Assembly (NCBI GenBank): GCA_963744225.1
Contig: CAVUSV010000002.1
Span: 40,402 to 104,401, forward strand
DNA from: an uncultured Acidimicrobiaceae bacterium
GTDB taxonomy: Bacteria > Actinomycetota > Acidimicrobiia > Acidimicrobiales > RAAP-2
Length of the DNA stretch: 64,000 nucleotides
Reading direction: 5' to 3'
Shown here: piece after piece, positions 31,582-42,951 of the stretch
How positions within the stretch are numbered: position 1 is the stretch's first letter
Layout of the letters: each line of letters begins with the position of its first letter
Made by a program: the position numbers and the translations under genes
Notes under the pieces: model-generated
Seen by the model: only the letters and a program-made list of their open reading frames with translations
What the model was told of the DNA's origin: nothing
The model's database searches: none

Positions 31582-32203
31582 CGGCTTCGGTTGGGCTTTG
31601 CACCGCGTGCCCCATGGGGATCTCGCAGGCGTCCGAAAACCCCTGGCTGCGCAACCCGAGACCGGCATTGAAACGCGACCGGAAATTTTCCAGGGCGACC
31701 CAGGCTGCCAGCTCGACGAACTCGGCATCACTGAGGTGATCCCGCACGCGGATGGCGAGCTCCTCTGAGACCTCGGCCGGGCAGCCCGTTGCCACCTCCG
31801 CGTACTCGAGGACCACCCGTTCCCTCTCGTCGAAGAGGTCACTGACCCGCCAATCGCTGGCCGCCCGCACCTTGGCCGGGTCGATTCCCTCCTGCATGCC
31901 CTCGTAGTAGCCGTAGTCGATGCACCACGAGCAGCCGATCCGAGCGGAGACGGCCTGAATAGCGAGCCAGCGCAGGGTGGGGTCGAGCTTCTTCCAGCCG
32001 AGCTGAACTGCCGTCTCGAGCGTGCCGAAGGCGACCAGCACGCCAGAATGATGCAACGCGGCTGCCGTGGGCTCGACCATCTGCCCGAAGCGATGCGTCG
32101 TGTACCGGCGCGCCAGCCGCGGGACGACGCCTCTTGGTTCGTCGTGCAACGAGACATGGGCCATCGTGCCCACCTCACTTTCCGTCAGGTCATTCTCCGT
32201 CAC
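31574..32203 (-). CDS. Carboxymuconolactone decarboxylase (CMD/AhpD-like) family protein
   Basis: RIGCSWCIDYGYY (CxxC in the AhpD-like fold) and the overall CMD pattern. The GTG at 32203 lies 6 nt after the ECF41 -10 element. ATG 32164 with a GAGGTGGG RBS is the alternative. Confidence 0.75.
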   Translation of the reverse strand: MTENDLTESEVGTMAHVSLHDEPRGVVPRLARRYTTHRFGQMVEPTAAALHHSGVLVAFGTLETAVQLGWKKLDPTLRWLAIQAVSARIGCSWCIDYGYYEGMQEGIDPAKVRAASDWRVSDLFDERERVVLEYAEVATGCPAEVSEELAIRVRDHLSDAEFVELAAWVALENFRSRFNAGLGLRSQGFSDACEIPMGHAVQSPTEAVA

Positions 32204-32209
32204 CTATAA

Positions 32210-32236
32210 GACGGGACGGGGGGTGGATTTGTGACA
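32210..32236 (-). promoter_or_regulatory. ECF41-type promoter TGTCACA-N16-CGTC upstream of the CMD gene
   Basis: The minus strand reads TGTCACA-aatccaccccccgtcc-CGTC-ttatag-GTG. This is an exact match in sequence and spacing to the consensus reported for ECF41 sigma factors upstream of their partner genes. Confidence 0.6.
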
Positions 32237-32275
32237 TGGGTATGGGTTCGGATCCACCCGGTGAGCTTGGACCGC

Positions 32276-33046
32276 TCAGCCCACACCGCCCGAGGGCAGC
32301 GCGGTCGTGCCGCCGTCCACGACAAAGGTCTGGCCCGTCACCCACGAGGCGGCGTCGGAAGCCAGGAAAAGCGCGGCCGTAGCGATGTCGTCCGGTAGTC
32401 CCAGGCGACGCAGCGGGACATGCGCGGCGATCCGCTCCTCCCCCGGGCCTTCCCAAAGAGCGGCCGCCAGCTTGGTCTTGACCAGGCCGGGCGCCAGCGC
32501 ATTGACCCGCACGTCGGGCGCCAGCTCGAACGACAGTTGCCGTGTGATGTGCAGCACGGCCGCTTTGGTCACGTTGTACCAGCCGATGTTCGGCTCGACA
32601 CCCAAACCTCCGATCGACGCGACGTTGATAACCGAACCTCGCAACCCGGCCTTGACTGCGGCGGCCGTCCAGACGAGGACGGAGAGCTGGTTCACCTCGA
32701 ACGTCTTCTGCGCCCGGGAGAGGTCGATGTCGATCATGGGGCCGAAGTAGGGGTTGGTCCCCGCGTTGTTGACGAGGATATGGAGACCGCCGAACCGGTC
32801 GACCGTGTCAGCCACGCACGATTCGGCGTCTTCGGGTTTTCCAACGTGGGCGGCCACCCACGCCACCCGCTCTGCAGGGGCGCCCGCTGCAACGAGCCCT
32901 GCCGCCGCCTCGGCCAGGTCGTCCGCGGTTCGAGACGTGATCATGACGTTCGCGCCCGCCTCGACAAAGCGGGTGGCGACCCCCAGCCCGATGCCCCGGC
33001 TCCCGCCGGTGATCAATGCGGTCTTCCCTTCCAGTTCAAGCTCCAT
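32276..33046 (-). CDS. SDR family oxidoreductase
   Basis: From MELELEGK: [12 protein letters not shown], catalytic YNVTKAA and the PG motif. The ORF extension to 33157 is rejected. Confidence 0.85.
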   Translation of the reverse strand: MELELEGKTALITGGSRGIGLGVATRFVEAGANVMITSRTADDLAEAAAGLVAAGAPAERVAWVAAHVGKPEDAESCVADTVDRFGGLHILVNNAGTNPYFGPMIDIDLSRAQKTFEVNQLSVLVWTAAAVKAGLRGSVINVASIGGLGVEPNIGWYNVTKAAVLHITRQLSFELAPDVRVNALAPGLVKTKLAAALWEGPGEERIAAHVPLRRLGLPDDIATAALFLASDAASWVTGQTFVVDGGTTALPSGGVG

Positions 33047-33099
33047 CGCCCCACCCTTGCACGGGCCCCACCCGTGCTGGCTCTGCGCCGGAGGAGCCC

Positions 33100-33105
33100 T
33101 AGCAT
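33100..33105 (+). promoter_or_regulatory. Predicted -10 hexamer TAGCAT, 7 nt upstream of GTG 33113 (leaderless)
   Basis: The plus strand reads ccTAGCATccgtcctGTG. Confidence 0.4.
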
Positions 33106-33112
33106 CCGTCCT

Positions 33113-35178
<2,066 letters not shown>

Positions 35179-35182
<4 letters not shown>

Positions 35183-36035
35183 GTGCCAATGTCGTGGATC
35201 CCGAGACCGGGGGTGGGAGCAGCGGCGCGGGACCGAAGGAAGACACGGATCGCCAACGAAACGCCGCCGAGGATCTGTCCTCAGGCCCCAACGGACATCA
35301 AGGCGCCCAGGAGGCCCCCACACAACGCTCCTCGGCAACTCCCACTGACGCAGCACGGCTTCTTCGACGCTCAGCCCGACGAAAGGAGCGGGTGCCCACC
35401 GCGGGCGGCTCCACGCTCCATCTCCTGGTCCTCTCCTCCACCACGGAGGACACGACTGTGGTGGACCTGGCGACCCGCACCGTCATGCGGGTGCGGGTGC
35501 CCTGGCCCGAGGGGCACGAACCCGACATCAGCACCTTTGACGTGGTCGAGGTGACCCTGGCCGACGATCCCGAACGCGACGACCTGGCCCAACCGGAGGC
35601 GACCACAGTCGCGGACCTCCCCCGCCACATCGGCACCGCGCGGGGCGTCACCTGCGCAAACTGTTGCGACGGTTGGTCGCCAGTCCCGACGGCCCTCTTC
35701 TGGGCTTCCCGGGCCCATCGGCGCCCTATTGGGAGTTCCGGGGCTTCCGGCCGTCAGTGGCGCTGATTGAGCCCACCCGACGGCCCCAACTGATCCGGCG
35801 TCAGGCGGACCGGTCCACCTGGGTTCGTTTCGGGTGGGACCGCGACGATGTGTGGCTGCCGGTCGAAGACCGGCACGCCGCCCGCGCCCTCGACGCTGCC
35901 CGCCGGGAGCGGCTGAGCGGGAAGAGCCTGTCGAACGCCCTCGGATTCGAGCCGCAGTACCTGCTGGTGACGGTCAGTCCCCCGCGAGACGGACACTGCT
36001 ACAAGGTGTGCGCCGCAGTACTCCCCAAGGGCTAA
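35179..36035 (+). pseudogene. Conserved hypothetical protein, frame broken once
   Basis: ORF 35179..35766 and ORF 35664..36035 join as HIGTARG-RHLRKLLRRLVASPDG if one G is added to the G4 run at 35642-35645 (857 nt +1 = 286 codons). The ATG overlaps the upstream stop (ATGA). An internal GTG at 35392 with an AAGGAG RBS is an alternative start. Confidence 0.6.
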
Positions 36036-36093
36036 TCGCCGATTTGGTCGGCTGCGGCCCTCTCGGGCTGCGGCAGACGGCGTCGGGGGTGCC

Positions 36094-36764
36094 TCAGCGG
36101 CCGAGCTTCCCCCCGGCGAGGTCCTCAGCCATGGCCCAGCCGAAGGTCACCAGGCGATCGCCTCGGGCGGCATCGAAGCCGTCGAAGTGCGCCTCGACCC
36201 CTGCGGGAATCTTGACCTTGGATGCGACGAAGTCCAGGCCGCCCTCGACCGATCCGTCACCCTTCAAGATGAACGTCCTGTCGTCCAGCTTGTTGTCGCA
36301 GCCGAAGCGCTTGGACAGGCGGCGAGCCCAGGCACGCTCCTCGCCGGACGATTTGTGCCCGGGGAACGGGACGACGTCCTGCAGCCCGTTGAAAGCTCGG
36401 AATCCTTCCGGCGTCAGGAGCCGGGTGCCCAGGAGGACGTCCTCGTCGGGAAAGGCGAGCAGGGCCCGGCGGTACTGGTCCGCCATGATGCTCTTGAGGG
36501 CCGCCTCCGCCCGTGAGGTGCGGTCGACGAGTGCGAGCCCGACCAGCAGCGATGGTGTCCCCCCGATGCGCTCCAGGGTGCAGAACGAGTAACCGCGGAG
36601 CTTGCTCCCCTCGCGGCCTGGGTGATGAGCACCCAGGCCTCGCGCTCCTTGGAGAGAAAGCCGATATCAAAGCCCGGTGGGCGCTCCGCACAAAGATCCG
36701 CCATTTCGACGAGCTCAGCATCGCTGAGCGCAGTGCAATCCTTGGTGCTCACTACGATCGGCAT
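36094..36764 (-). pseudogene. Conserved hypothetical protein, frame broken once
   Basis: ORF 36414..36764 (MPIVVSTKDCTALSDAELVEM...VLITQAAR) continues as GSKLRGYSFCTLERIGGTPSLLVGLALV...MADQYRR in the frame of ORF 36094..36486. This requires one base added to the run at 36608-36611 (671 nt +1 = 224 codons). Confidence 0.6.
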
Positions 36765-36770
36765 GAGGTG

Positions 36771-36776
36771 AGTCTA
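36771..36776 (-). promoter_or_regulatory. Predicted -10 hexamer TAGACT, 6 nt upstream of ATG 36764 (leaderless)
   Basis: The minus strand reads cagTAGACTcacctcATG. Confidence 0.4.
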
Positions 36777-36891
36777 CTGGCTGCGCCCGGCGCGTTCCCA
36801 ACCGGCCACGGTCGACCTGGTTCGGTTCGGGCCCGGCTGGCAGTCCGTCATGCCAGTTCAGGGCCACTTTTTTGCCATGGACGTCGCGTCT

Positions 36892-39800
36892 TCAGGACAG
36901 GACGGCGCTCTGGCCGAGCAGCCGCTTCAGCTCACCGACGAGCCCGTTGCGGCAGTCCACGTTGAACTCAGGGGGCAAACGGAGAACCTTGGCTCCCACG
37001 TGGAGCAGGACCGGTGAGTGCCCCGGGTGCCCGCTGAGAACCTCCTTGAGACCGTCGACCTTGGCATCGGTCAGCACGCCGAGGGGCAACGTAATGTGGA
37101 GGTCTTCCTGGCCCCGCTCGAGCAACGGGCGCGACACCTCCATGCACACGATCTTCGGCTCTTCCTCCCGGGTATCGAGGCGGCCCTTGACGAGCACAAT
37201 GGCATCGTTCTCAATGAGGGCGCCGTACTCCGCCATGGTCTTGGGGAAGACGAAGACCTCCATGGCCGCCTGCAGATCCTCCAGCACGAAGCGGGCCATC
37301 AGATCGCCCTTCTTGGTATACGACCGACGCAGGTCGGTGACCACCCCGCCCACCATGCGCACTGGTGACCGGTCCCCTGTCGGGTCCTCCTCTCGCATGT
37401 CCGAGAGTGTGCAATCGGCGTGCCGGGCCAGGGCCGCCTCGAAGCCCATGAGCGGGTGGTCGCTGACGTAAAGGCCGAGCATCTCCTTCTCGAACGCCAG
37501 CCGCTGCGCCTTGTCGAACTCGGTGTCGGGGATGGCGACCTTGGCCCCTCCCCAACCCAGGTCGGCCTCCTCCTGTTCCTCGAACGCGGCGAACAGCGTG
37601 GTGATGCCGAGGTCGTGCTCCCTGCGGCGTTCGAGCGTGCGATCGACGATGTTCTCGAGCACGAGGCAGAGACCCTGCCGACTGTGCCCGAGGGAGTCGA
37701 AGGCACCGCCCTTGACCAGTGAATCCATCGTCCGCTTGTTGAGGACCACCGGGTCGACCCGCTGGCAGAAGTCGAAGATGTCGGCAAACGGGCCGCCGGC
37801 CGTGCGGTCGGCCACAATCCGCTCAACGAGGCTCTCCCCCACGTTGCGCACCGCGGCCAGGCCGAACACGATCGCCGGTGCACTCCGATCGCCACTGCGG
37901 TCCGGCGCGAACTCCGCCAACGAGCGGTTGACGTCGGGCACCAGTACGTCGATGCCCATGGACCGGCACTCCGCGAGGTAGACGGCGGTCTTGTCCTTGT
38001 TGTCCTTCACCGAAGTCAACAAGGCCGCCATGTACTCCACCGGGTAGTGCGCCTTCAGCCACGCCGTCTGGTACGCCACCAACCCGTAGCCGTAGGAGTG
38101 CGACTTGTTGAAGGCGTAGTCGGCGAACGGCTCGATGATGTCGAAGAGCTGAGTGCCGAGCTCCTCGCCGTAGCCCTGCGTGGCACAGCCGGCGACGAAT
38201 TTCTCGCGTTCGGCTGCGATCATGGCCCTGATCTTCTTGCCGCACGCTTTGCGGAGGTTGTCCGCCTCCTCCAGCGAGTACCCGGCGAACTTCTGGGCCA
38301 CCCGCATCACCGACTCCTGGTACAGCATCAGACCGTAGGTGTCTTTGAGGATCGGCTCGATATCCGGATGCAGGTAGGTCAGCGCCTTCCGCCCATTCTT
38401 CAGCTCGGGATAATCGCGGTGCATGTTGGCGGCCATGGGACCGGGCCGGTAGAGGGCCACCAGCGCCGCCACGTCGTCGAAACTCGTGGGCGCCAGGGAA
38501 CGCAGGGTCTGGCGCATGGCGCCACCCTCCAACTGGAACACGCCCACCGACTCCGCCCGGCGCAGCATCGCGAGGGTTGGTTCGTCCGCGAGGTCCACGT
38601 TGTCGATGTCCGGACGGTCTCCTGTCTCCGCCTCGACCAGGTCCAAGGTGCGCTCCATCACCGACAAGTTGCGCAGCCCGAGGAAGTCCATTTTCAGCAG
38701 GCCCAAGTCCTCCACGCCGTGCATCTCGTACTGCGTGACGATGGGCGCGTCCTCAGGGTTCCCACCGGCGTCGGGCTTGCGCTGAATCGGGAGGTAGTCC
38801 GTCAACGGGTCACGTGAAATGACGACAGCGGCCGCGTGGATCCCATCCTGGCGACGCAGGCCCTCCAGGCCCAGTGCGACGTCAATGACTTCTTTTGCGT
38901 CGGGGTCGGTCTCATGCATGGCTCGCAACTCGCCGGCCGAGGAGAACCCGTCTTCGTGCCCTTCGATCTTGTCCAAGCAGGCCCGCAATGGCGTGTCGCG
39001 GCCCATGATCAACGGTGGCATCGCCTTCGCGATGCGATCCCCGACGGCATAGGGCTTGCCGAGCACCCGGGCTGCGTCACGCACGGCGGCCCGCGCCTTG
39101 ATCGTCGAGAACGTGATGACCTGCGCGACCCGATCGCTGCCGTACTTTTCCGCCGCGTACCGCATGACGTCGGCCCGGTAGCGCTCATCGAAGTCCATGT
39201 CGATGTCAGGCATCTGCTTGCGGCCCGGGTTCAAGAAGCGCTCGAAGAGGAGGTCATACCGGATGGGGTCGAGGTCGACGATCTGCAGGCAGTAAGCCAC
39301 GCAACATCCGGCGGCCGACCCCCGGCCAGGGCCCACCCGGATGCCCGACTCCCGGGCGAAGCGGATCAGGTCCCAGACGACGAGGAAGTAGGCGGCGAAT
39401 CCCATATTGCCGATGACACCCAGCTCGTAGTCGAGCCGCTCCACCACCTCGGGGGGCAGCGGCGAGCCGTAGCGGTGCCGCGCCCCTTCCATGGTGAGAT
39501 CGCGCAGATACGCCAGTGCCCTTTCCTCGTAGGTCTCGCCGGTGAACCGGTCTGGTACGGGAAACTCGGGGAGGCTGGGTTTGCCGAGCTCAATCTGGAC
39601 GTCGGCCCGCTCGGCGATCAGCAGCGTGTTGTCGCACGACTCGGGCACCTCACGGAACAGGTGGCGCATCTCGGCTGCGCTCTTCAGGTAGTGCTCAGTG
39701 CCCTCGAACTTGAAACGGTTGGTGTCGGAGAGAAGGGCGCCCGTCTGGACACACAGGAGAGCGTCATGGGCGACGGCGTCCTCGCGATGGGTGTAGTGGC

Positions 39801-40464
39801 TGTCATTCGTTGCCAGGAGCGGGGCATCGATGCGGCGAGCGATCTCGATCAGCTGCGGGTTAGTCCGGTGCTGGTCGGCGATCCCGTGGTCCTGTAGCTC
39901 GACAAAGAGGTTGTCGCGCCCGAAAATGTCCTGTAACCGTGCTGCCCGCCGCTCCGCCTCCGCGACGTCGCCGGACAGCAGGGCCTGGAGCACAACGCCG
40001 CCCAGACACCCTGTCGTGGCGATCAAACCCTCGTGGTGGCGCTCGAGAAGCTCCCAGTCGACCCGAGGCTTGTAGTAGTAGCCCTCGAGGTAAGCGGCCG
40101 AGGACAGCTGCATGAGATTGCGGTAACCCGCGACGGTCTCCGCCAAGAGAGTCAAGTGGTAGTAGAGCTTTTGCCCACCCTCGGCGTCACCGCCCGTGTC
40201 GTCCATCCTGCCTCGGCGCACCGGGCGCTCGTGGCGTGACTCGCCGGCCATGTAGGACTCGGTGCCGATGATCGGCACGATGCCCTGATCGCGGCACGCC
40301 TTGTAGAAGTCGAGGACTCCGTACATGTTCCCGTGGTCCGTGATCCCCAATGCCGGCTGGCCGTCGGCCGCGGCCGCGGCGACAAGCTCCCCGACACGAG
40401 CGGCGCCGTCGAGCATGGAGAACTCGGTGTGGGTGTGCAGATGCGTAAACGACCGCTCCGACAC
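36892..40464 (-). CDS. dnaE: DNA polymerase III alpha subunit (DnaE1)
   Basis: PHP domain (FTHLHTHTEFSMLDGA, GITDHGNMYG), polymerase core and OB-fold, giving an uninterrupted ORF of about 1190 aa. GTG 40464 is preceded by AAGGAGGG at 5 nt. The TTG at 40488 in the ORF track is less likely. Confidence 0.95.
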   Translation of the reverse strand: MSERSFTHLHTHTEFSMLDGAARVGELVAAAAADGQPALGITDHGNMYGVLDFYKACRDQGIVPIIGTESYMAGESRHERPVRRGRMDDTGGDAEGGQKLYYHLTLLAETVAGYRNLMQLSSAAYLEGYYYKPRVDWELLERHHEGLIATTGCLGGVVLQALLSGDVAEAERRAARLQDIFGRDNLFVELQDHGIADQHRTNPQLIEIARRIDAPLLATNDSHYTHREDAVAHDALLCVQTGALLSDTNRFKFEGTEHYLKSAAEMRHLFREVPESCDNTLLIAERADVQIELGKPSLPEFPVPDRFTGETYEERALAYLRDLTMEGARHRYGSPLPPEVVERLDYELGVIGNMGFAAYFLVVWDLIRFARESGIRVGPGRGSAAGCCVAYCLQIVDLDPIRYDLLFERFLNPGRKQMPDIDMDFDERYRADVMRYAAEKYGSDRVAQVITFSTIKARAAVRDAARVLGKPYAVGDRIAKAMPPLIMGRDTPLRACLDKIEGHEDGFSSAGELRAMHETDPDAKEVIDVALGLEGLRRQDGIHAAAVVISRDPLTDYLPIQRKPDAGGNPEDAPIVTQYEMHGVEDLGLLKMDFLGLRNLSVMERTLDLVEAETGDRPDIDNVDLADEPTLAMLRRAESVGVFQLEGGAMRQTLRSLAPTSFDDVAALVALYRPGPMAANMHRDYPELKNGRKALTYLHPDIEPILKDTYGLMLYQESVMRVAQKFAGYSLEEADNLRKACGKKIRAMIAAEREKFVAGCATQGYGEELGTQLFDIIEPFADYAFNKSHSYGYGLVAYQTAWLKAHYPVEYMAALLTSVKDNKDKTAVYLAECRSMGIDVLVPDVNRSLAEFAPDRSGDRSAPAIVFGLAAVRNVGESLVERIVADRTAGGPFADIFDFCQRVDPVVLNKRTMDSLVKGGAFDSLGHSRQGLCLVLENIVDRTLERRREHDLGITTLFAAFEEQEEADLGWGGAKVAIPDTEFDKAQRLAFEKEMLGLYVSDHPLMGFEAALARHADCTLSDMREEDPTGDRSPVRMVGGVVTDLRRSYTKKGDLMARFVLEDLQAAMEVFVFPKTMAEYGALIENDAIVLVKGRLDTREEEPKIVCMEVSRPLLERGQEDLHITLPLGVLTDAKVDGLKEVLSGHPGHSPVLLHVGAKVLRLPPEFNVDCRNGLVGELKRLLGQSAVLS

Positions 40465-40591
40465 CGGCCCTCCTTTCGCCCAAGTCAAACTTACACCGGT
40501 GTGATTCCCTCCGGAGCCAGCAATCTAGCCCGCGGTGCGGCCCCCGACGACGACCGATTCGGCCACTTTTTCATGAGGGGTGGGACCCGGT

Positions 40592-41110
40592 TCAGAGGTA
40601 GGCCCCGGTGCGCCCGGTTTCGCCCGCCGAGGGCAGGCCACGCTGGCGCATCTCCTCGAGCTGGGCCCGAGCGGCCATCTGCTGCGACATGAGCGTGGCC
40701 TGGATTCCCTGGAACAGACCCTCGAGCCAGCCGACGAGCTGAGCCTGCGCGATACGCAGCTCGGCGTCGCTCGGGGCAGCGACGTCGAACGGCGGCGCCA
40801 TCCGCTCGAGCTCGGCCACCAGATCCGGTGACAGTCCTTCCGAGAGGTCGGCGATCGACTGCTCGTAAATCTCGCGCAGCCGCACCCTGCTCTTCTCGTC
40901 CAGGGGCGCGGCCCTCACCTCATCGAGCAAGGTCTTGACCATGGACCCGATGCGAAGCACCTTGGCCGGCTGATTGACCGAATCGGTCGTCCCCGCTTCG
41001 GGGGCAGCGCCGTCCCGATTGCCTTCGAGGACCTCGTCGGGCGAGATCGCCTCGGACTCCTCCGCTGCGGCCACCTCGGTCCCCGTTACGTCTTTCGTCT
41101 CGTCAGCCAT
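40592..41110 (-). CDS. bpa: Bacterial proteasome activator (Bpa/PafE family)
   Basis: NQPAKVLRIGSMVKTLLDEVRAAPLDE...PSDAELRIAQAQLVGWLEGLFQGIQ...QQMAARAQL closely parallels mycobacterial Bpa. The C-terminus is GAYL (compare GQYL). Confidence 0.85.
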   Translation of the reverse strand: MADETKDVTGTEVAAAEESEAISPDEVLEGNRDGAAPEAGTTDSVNQPAKVLRIGSMVKTLLDEVRAAPLDEKSRVRLREIYEQSIADLSEGLSPDLVAELERMAPPFDVAAPSDAELRIAQAQLVGWLEGLFQGIQATLMSQQMAARAQLEEMRQRGLPSAGETGRTGAYL

Positions 41111-41197
41111 GGTGCCTTTCGTCCCGGTCGTCGTCGTCCCGCACCCGCCCGCTCAGGGCCCCGTTCCGCCCAATGTTGCCACTGGGTGGCCTCCTCC

Positions 41198-42388
41198 TCA
41201 CGAGGAGGACCAGCCGAGCAGGGGGACCATCATCTCTGCCGAGGTCAGGGACCCGTGGCGGGCCTTCAGACGGAGCTCGCCGGTGTCTGCCGGATCGAGG
41301 AAGGCGGTCGGCTCGAAAGGCACGAGGGCGACGTCGCCGAGCCGCGCCGCCACCGCAGGCGAGGGCACACCGCCGAGCCACCCCCCCTCGATGATCTCTT
41401 CCCTCGTTCGCACCCAGGCCACCTCGCCGTGGAGGGCCGACGCTGTCTCGACCACATCTCGTTCGGCCCCGGGGCGGACGTGCAGCCAGCGAAACCGTCC
41501 TTCGCCACTGATGAGGTTCACGTCCCGCATGATCTCCGGGCCAAGCAACTCGACGGAATCCCCGACGTCAACCTGTCCGTGATCCGCCGTGACGACCAGC
41601 ACGGCGTCTGCCGGCAGGACGTCGAGGACGTCGCCGACCAGCCGGTCCGTGGCGCGCAGTTCCGCGTCGTAGTACGCACCGAGACCCTCGGCGTGGGCCA
41701 CCCTGTCGATGCCTTCGTAGTAGGCGTACACGAACGGAGCGCCTGCCGCGGTCAGCTGACCAACGGCGGTCACGAGCCCGGCCGGCGTATGCCACCGGTG
41801 CAGCTCAACGTCGCCCAGATGGGCGGCGGTGAACCCGGTGGGCCCATAGTCCTGTCGGGTGACCACCGGCACGGGATGAACCGCTCCCGGGAAGGACTCG
41901 AATGGCTGGAACGCCGGTGCAGGGACACGCATGCGGACATCGACCCCGCGGATGGTCCACTGGAGGACGTTCATGACCTCACCGTCGAGGGCCACCCGGT
42001 AGCCGACAACACCATGCTCGGCGGGGACCCTCCCGGTCACCAGGGTCGTCAATGCGCACGCCGTGGTGCTCGGGGCGACCGTCGTGATCGTGGTGCCCCG
42101 GCCGGACTCCAACACCGGAGCGATCCCGCTGCGGTCCCGGAGCTGCTCTGCGCCGAGCCCGTCGAGAACCAGAAGGACAATCTGGCTGGCCCCGGCCACC
42201 GCGGCCGGGATCCATGTCGGGAGGGGTGCTTCGCCCGGATGGGCGATCTGGCCGAGAAGGGTCGGCACCACCCGATGGAGGCACGGTCCCTGCCAGTCGG
42301 GGAGAACCGGAACGGGCGCATTTCCTGCCTCGTCGGCTCCAGTCTGGGGGTTTGCCGCCCTCGGCTGAGCCGCCGCGCCGTCACTCAC
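41198..42388 (-). CDS. Alkaline phosphatase superfamily protein (nucleotide pyrophosphatase/phosphodiesterase-like)
   Basis: VLLVLDGLGAEQL, APSTTACALTTLVTG and TADHGQ are typical AP-superfamily metal and nucleophile motifs. GTG start. Confidence 0.75.
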   Translation of the reverse strand: MSDGAAAQPRAANPQTGADEAGNAPVPVLPDWQGPCLHRVVPTLLGQIAHPGEAPLPTWIPAAVAGASQIVLLVLDGLGAEQLRDRSGIAPVLESGRGTTITTVAPSTTACALTTLVTGRVPAEHGVVGYRVALDGEVMNVLQWTIRGVDVRMRVPAPAFQPFESFPGAVHPVPVVTRQDYGPTGFTAAHLGDVELHRWHTPAGLVTAVGQLTAAGAPFVYAYYEGIDRVAHAEGLGAYYDAELRATDRLVGDVLDVLPADAVLVVTADHGQVDVGDSVELLGPEIMRDVNLISGEGRFRWLHVRPGAERDVVETASALHGEVAWVRTREEIIEGGWLGGVPSPAVAARLGDVALVPFEPTAFLDPADTGELRLKARHGSLTSAEMMVPLLGWSSS

Positions 42389-42396
42389 GGAGGCAC

Positions 42397-42402
42397 ACCC
42401 TA
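42397..42402 (-). promoter_or_regulatory. Predicted -10 hexamer TAGGGT, 8 nt upstream of GTG 42388 (leaderless)
   Basis: The minus strand reads cgTAGGGTgtgcctccGTG. Confidence 0.4.
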
Positions 42403-42438
42403 CGACCCATGCAGCCCCTACATCGACGTTTGGGCCGG

Positions 42439-42444
42439 TAGCAT
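42439..42444 (+). promoter_or_regulatory. Predicted -10 hexamer TAGCAT, 8 nt upstream of the rrf2 GTG 42453 (leaderless)
   Basis: The plus strand reads ggTAGCATcggtacttGTG. Confidence 0.4.
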
Positions 42445-42452
42445 CGGTACTT

Positions 42453-42887
42453 GTGAGGGTTTCAACACGGGGTGACTACGCCAGTCGGGCCCTGCTCTCG
42501 CTCGCCCTCCACGGCGCCGAGACACCCACCTCTGTGCGGGACATCGCGGAGCGCACCGGGCTGCCCCAGCCCTACCTCGAGCAGATTCTCCTCGCCCTGA
42601 AAGGCGCGGGCCTCGTCCGCTCCAAGCGGGGCGTTGGAGGCGGCTACGTCCTGGCCCGGCCGCCCGTGGAGATCTCCTTGGCGCAGATCGTCTCGGCGGT
42701 CGACGGGCCCATCGCTGCAGGCGACTTCGGGGAGCCCCATGCCAACGGAGCCTGTGACCACGAGGGACAGTGCATCCTGCTGGCCGTCTGGGCCGACGTG
42801 GGCGAAACGATCCGCACGCACCTGCAGTCCTACAGCCTGGCCGACATGGTCGACCGGGCACAGGGAAACGTGGCCGCTCCTGTGTGA
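42453..42887 (+). CDS. Rrf2 family transcriptional regulator
   Basis: MRVSTRGDYASRALLSLA...SVRDIAERTGLPQPYLEQILLALKGAGLVRSKRGVGGGY is the canonical Rrf2 winged helix. Confidence 0.85.
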   Translation: MRVSTRGDYASRALLSLALHGAETPTSVRDIAERTGLPQPYLEQILLALKGAGLVRSKRGVGGGYVLARPPVEISLAQIVSAVDGPIAAGDFGEPHANGACDHEGQCILLAVWADVGETIRTHLQSYSLADMVDRAQGNVAAPV

Positions 42888-42951
42888 GGCAGTCACAAAT
42901 GGGCGCCACCGCGACCGTGGTGGCAGCGGCTCCTCTGGCCCCTGGCGCAGC

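Noticed and set aside
41186-42475. 429-aa plus-strand ORF
   Set aside because: It is antisense to the alkaline-phosphatase-family gene. No motifs.
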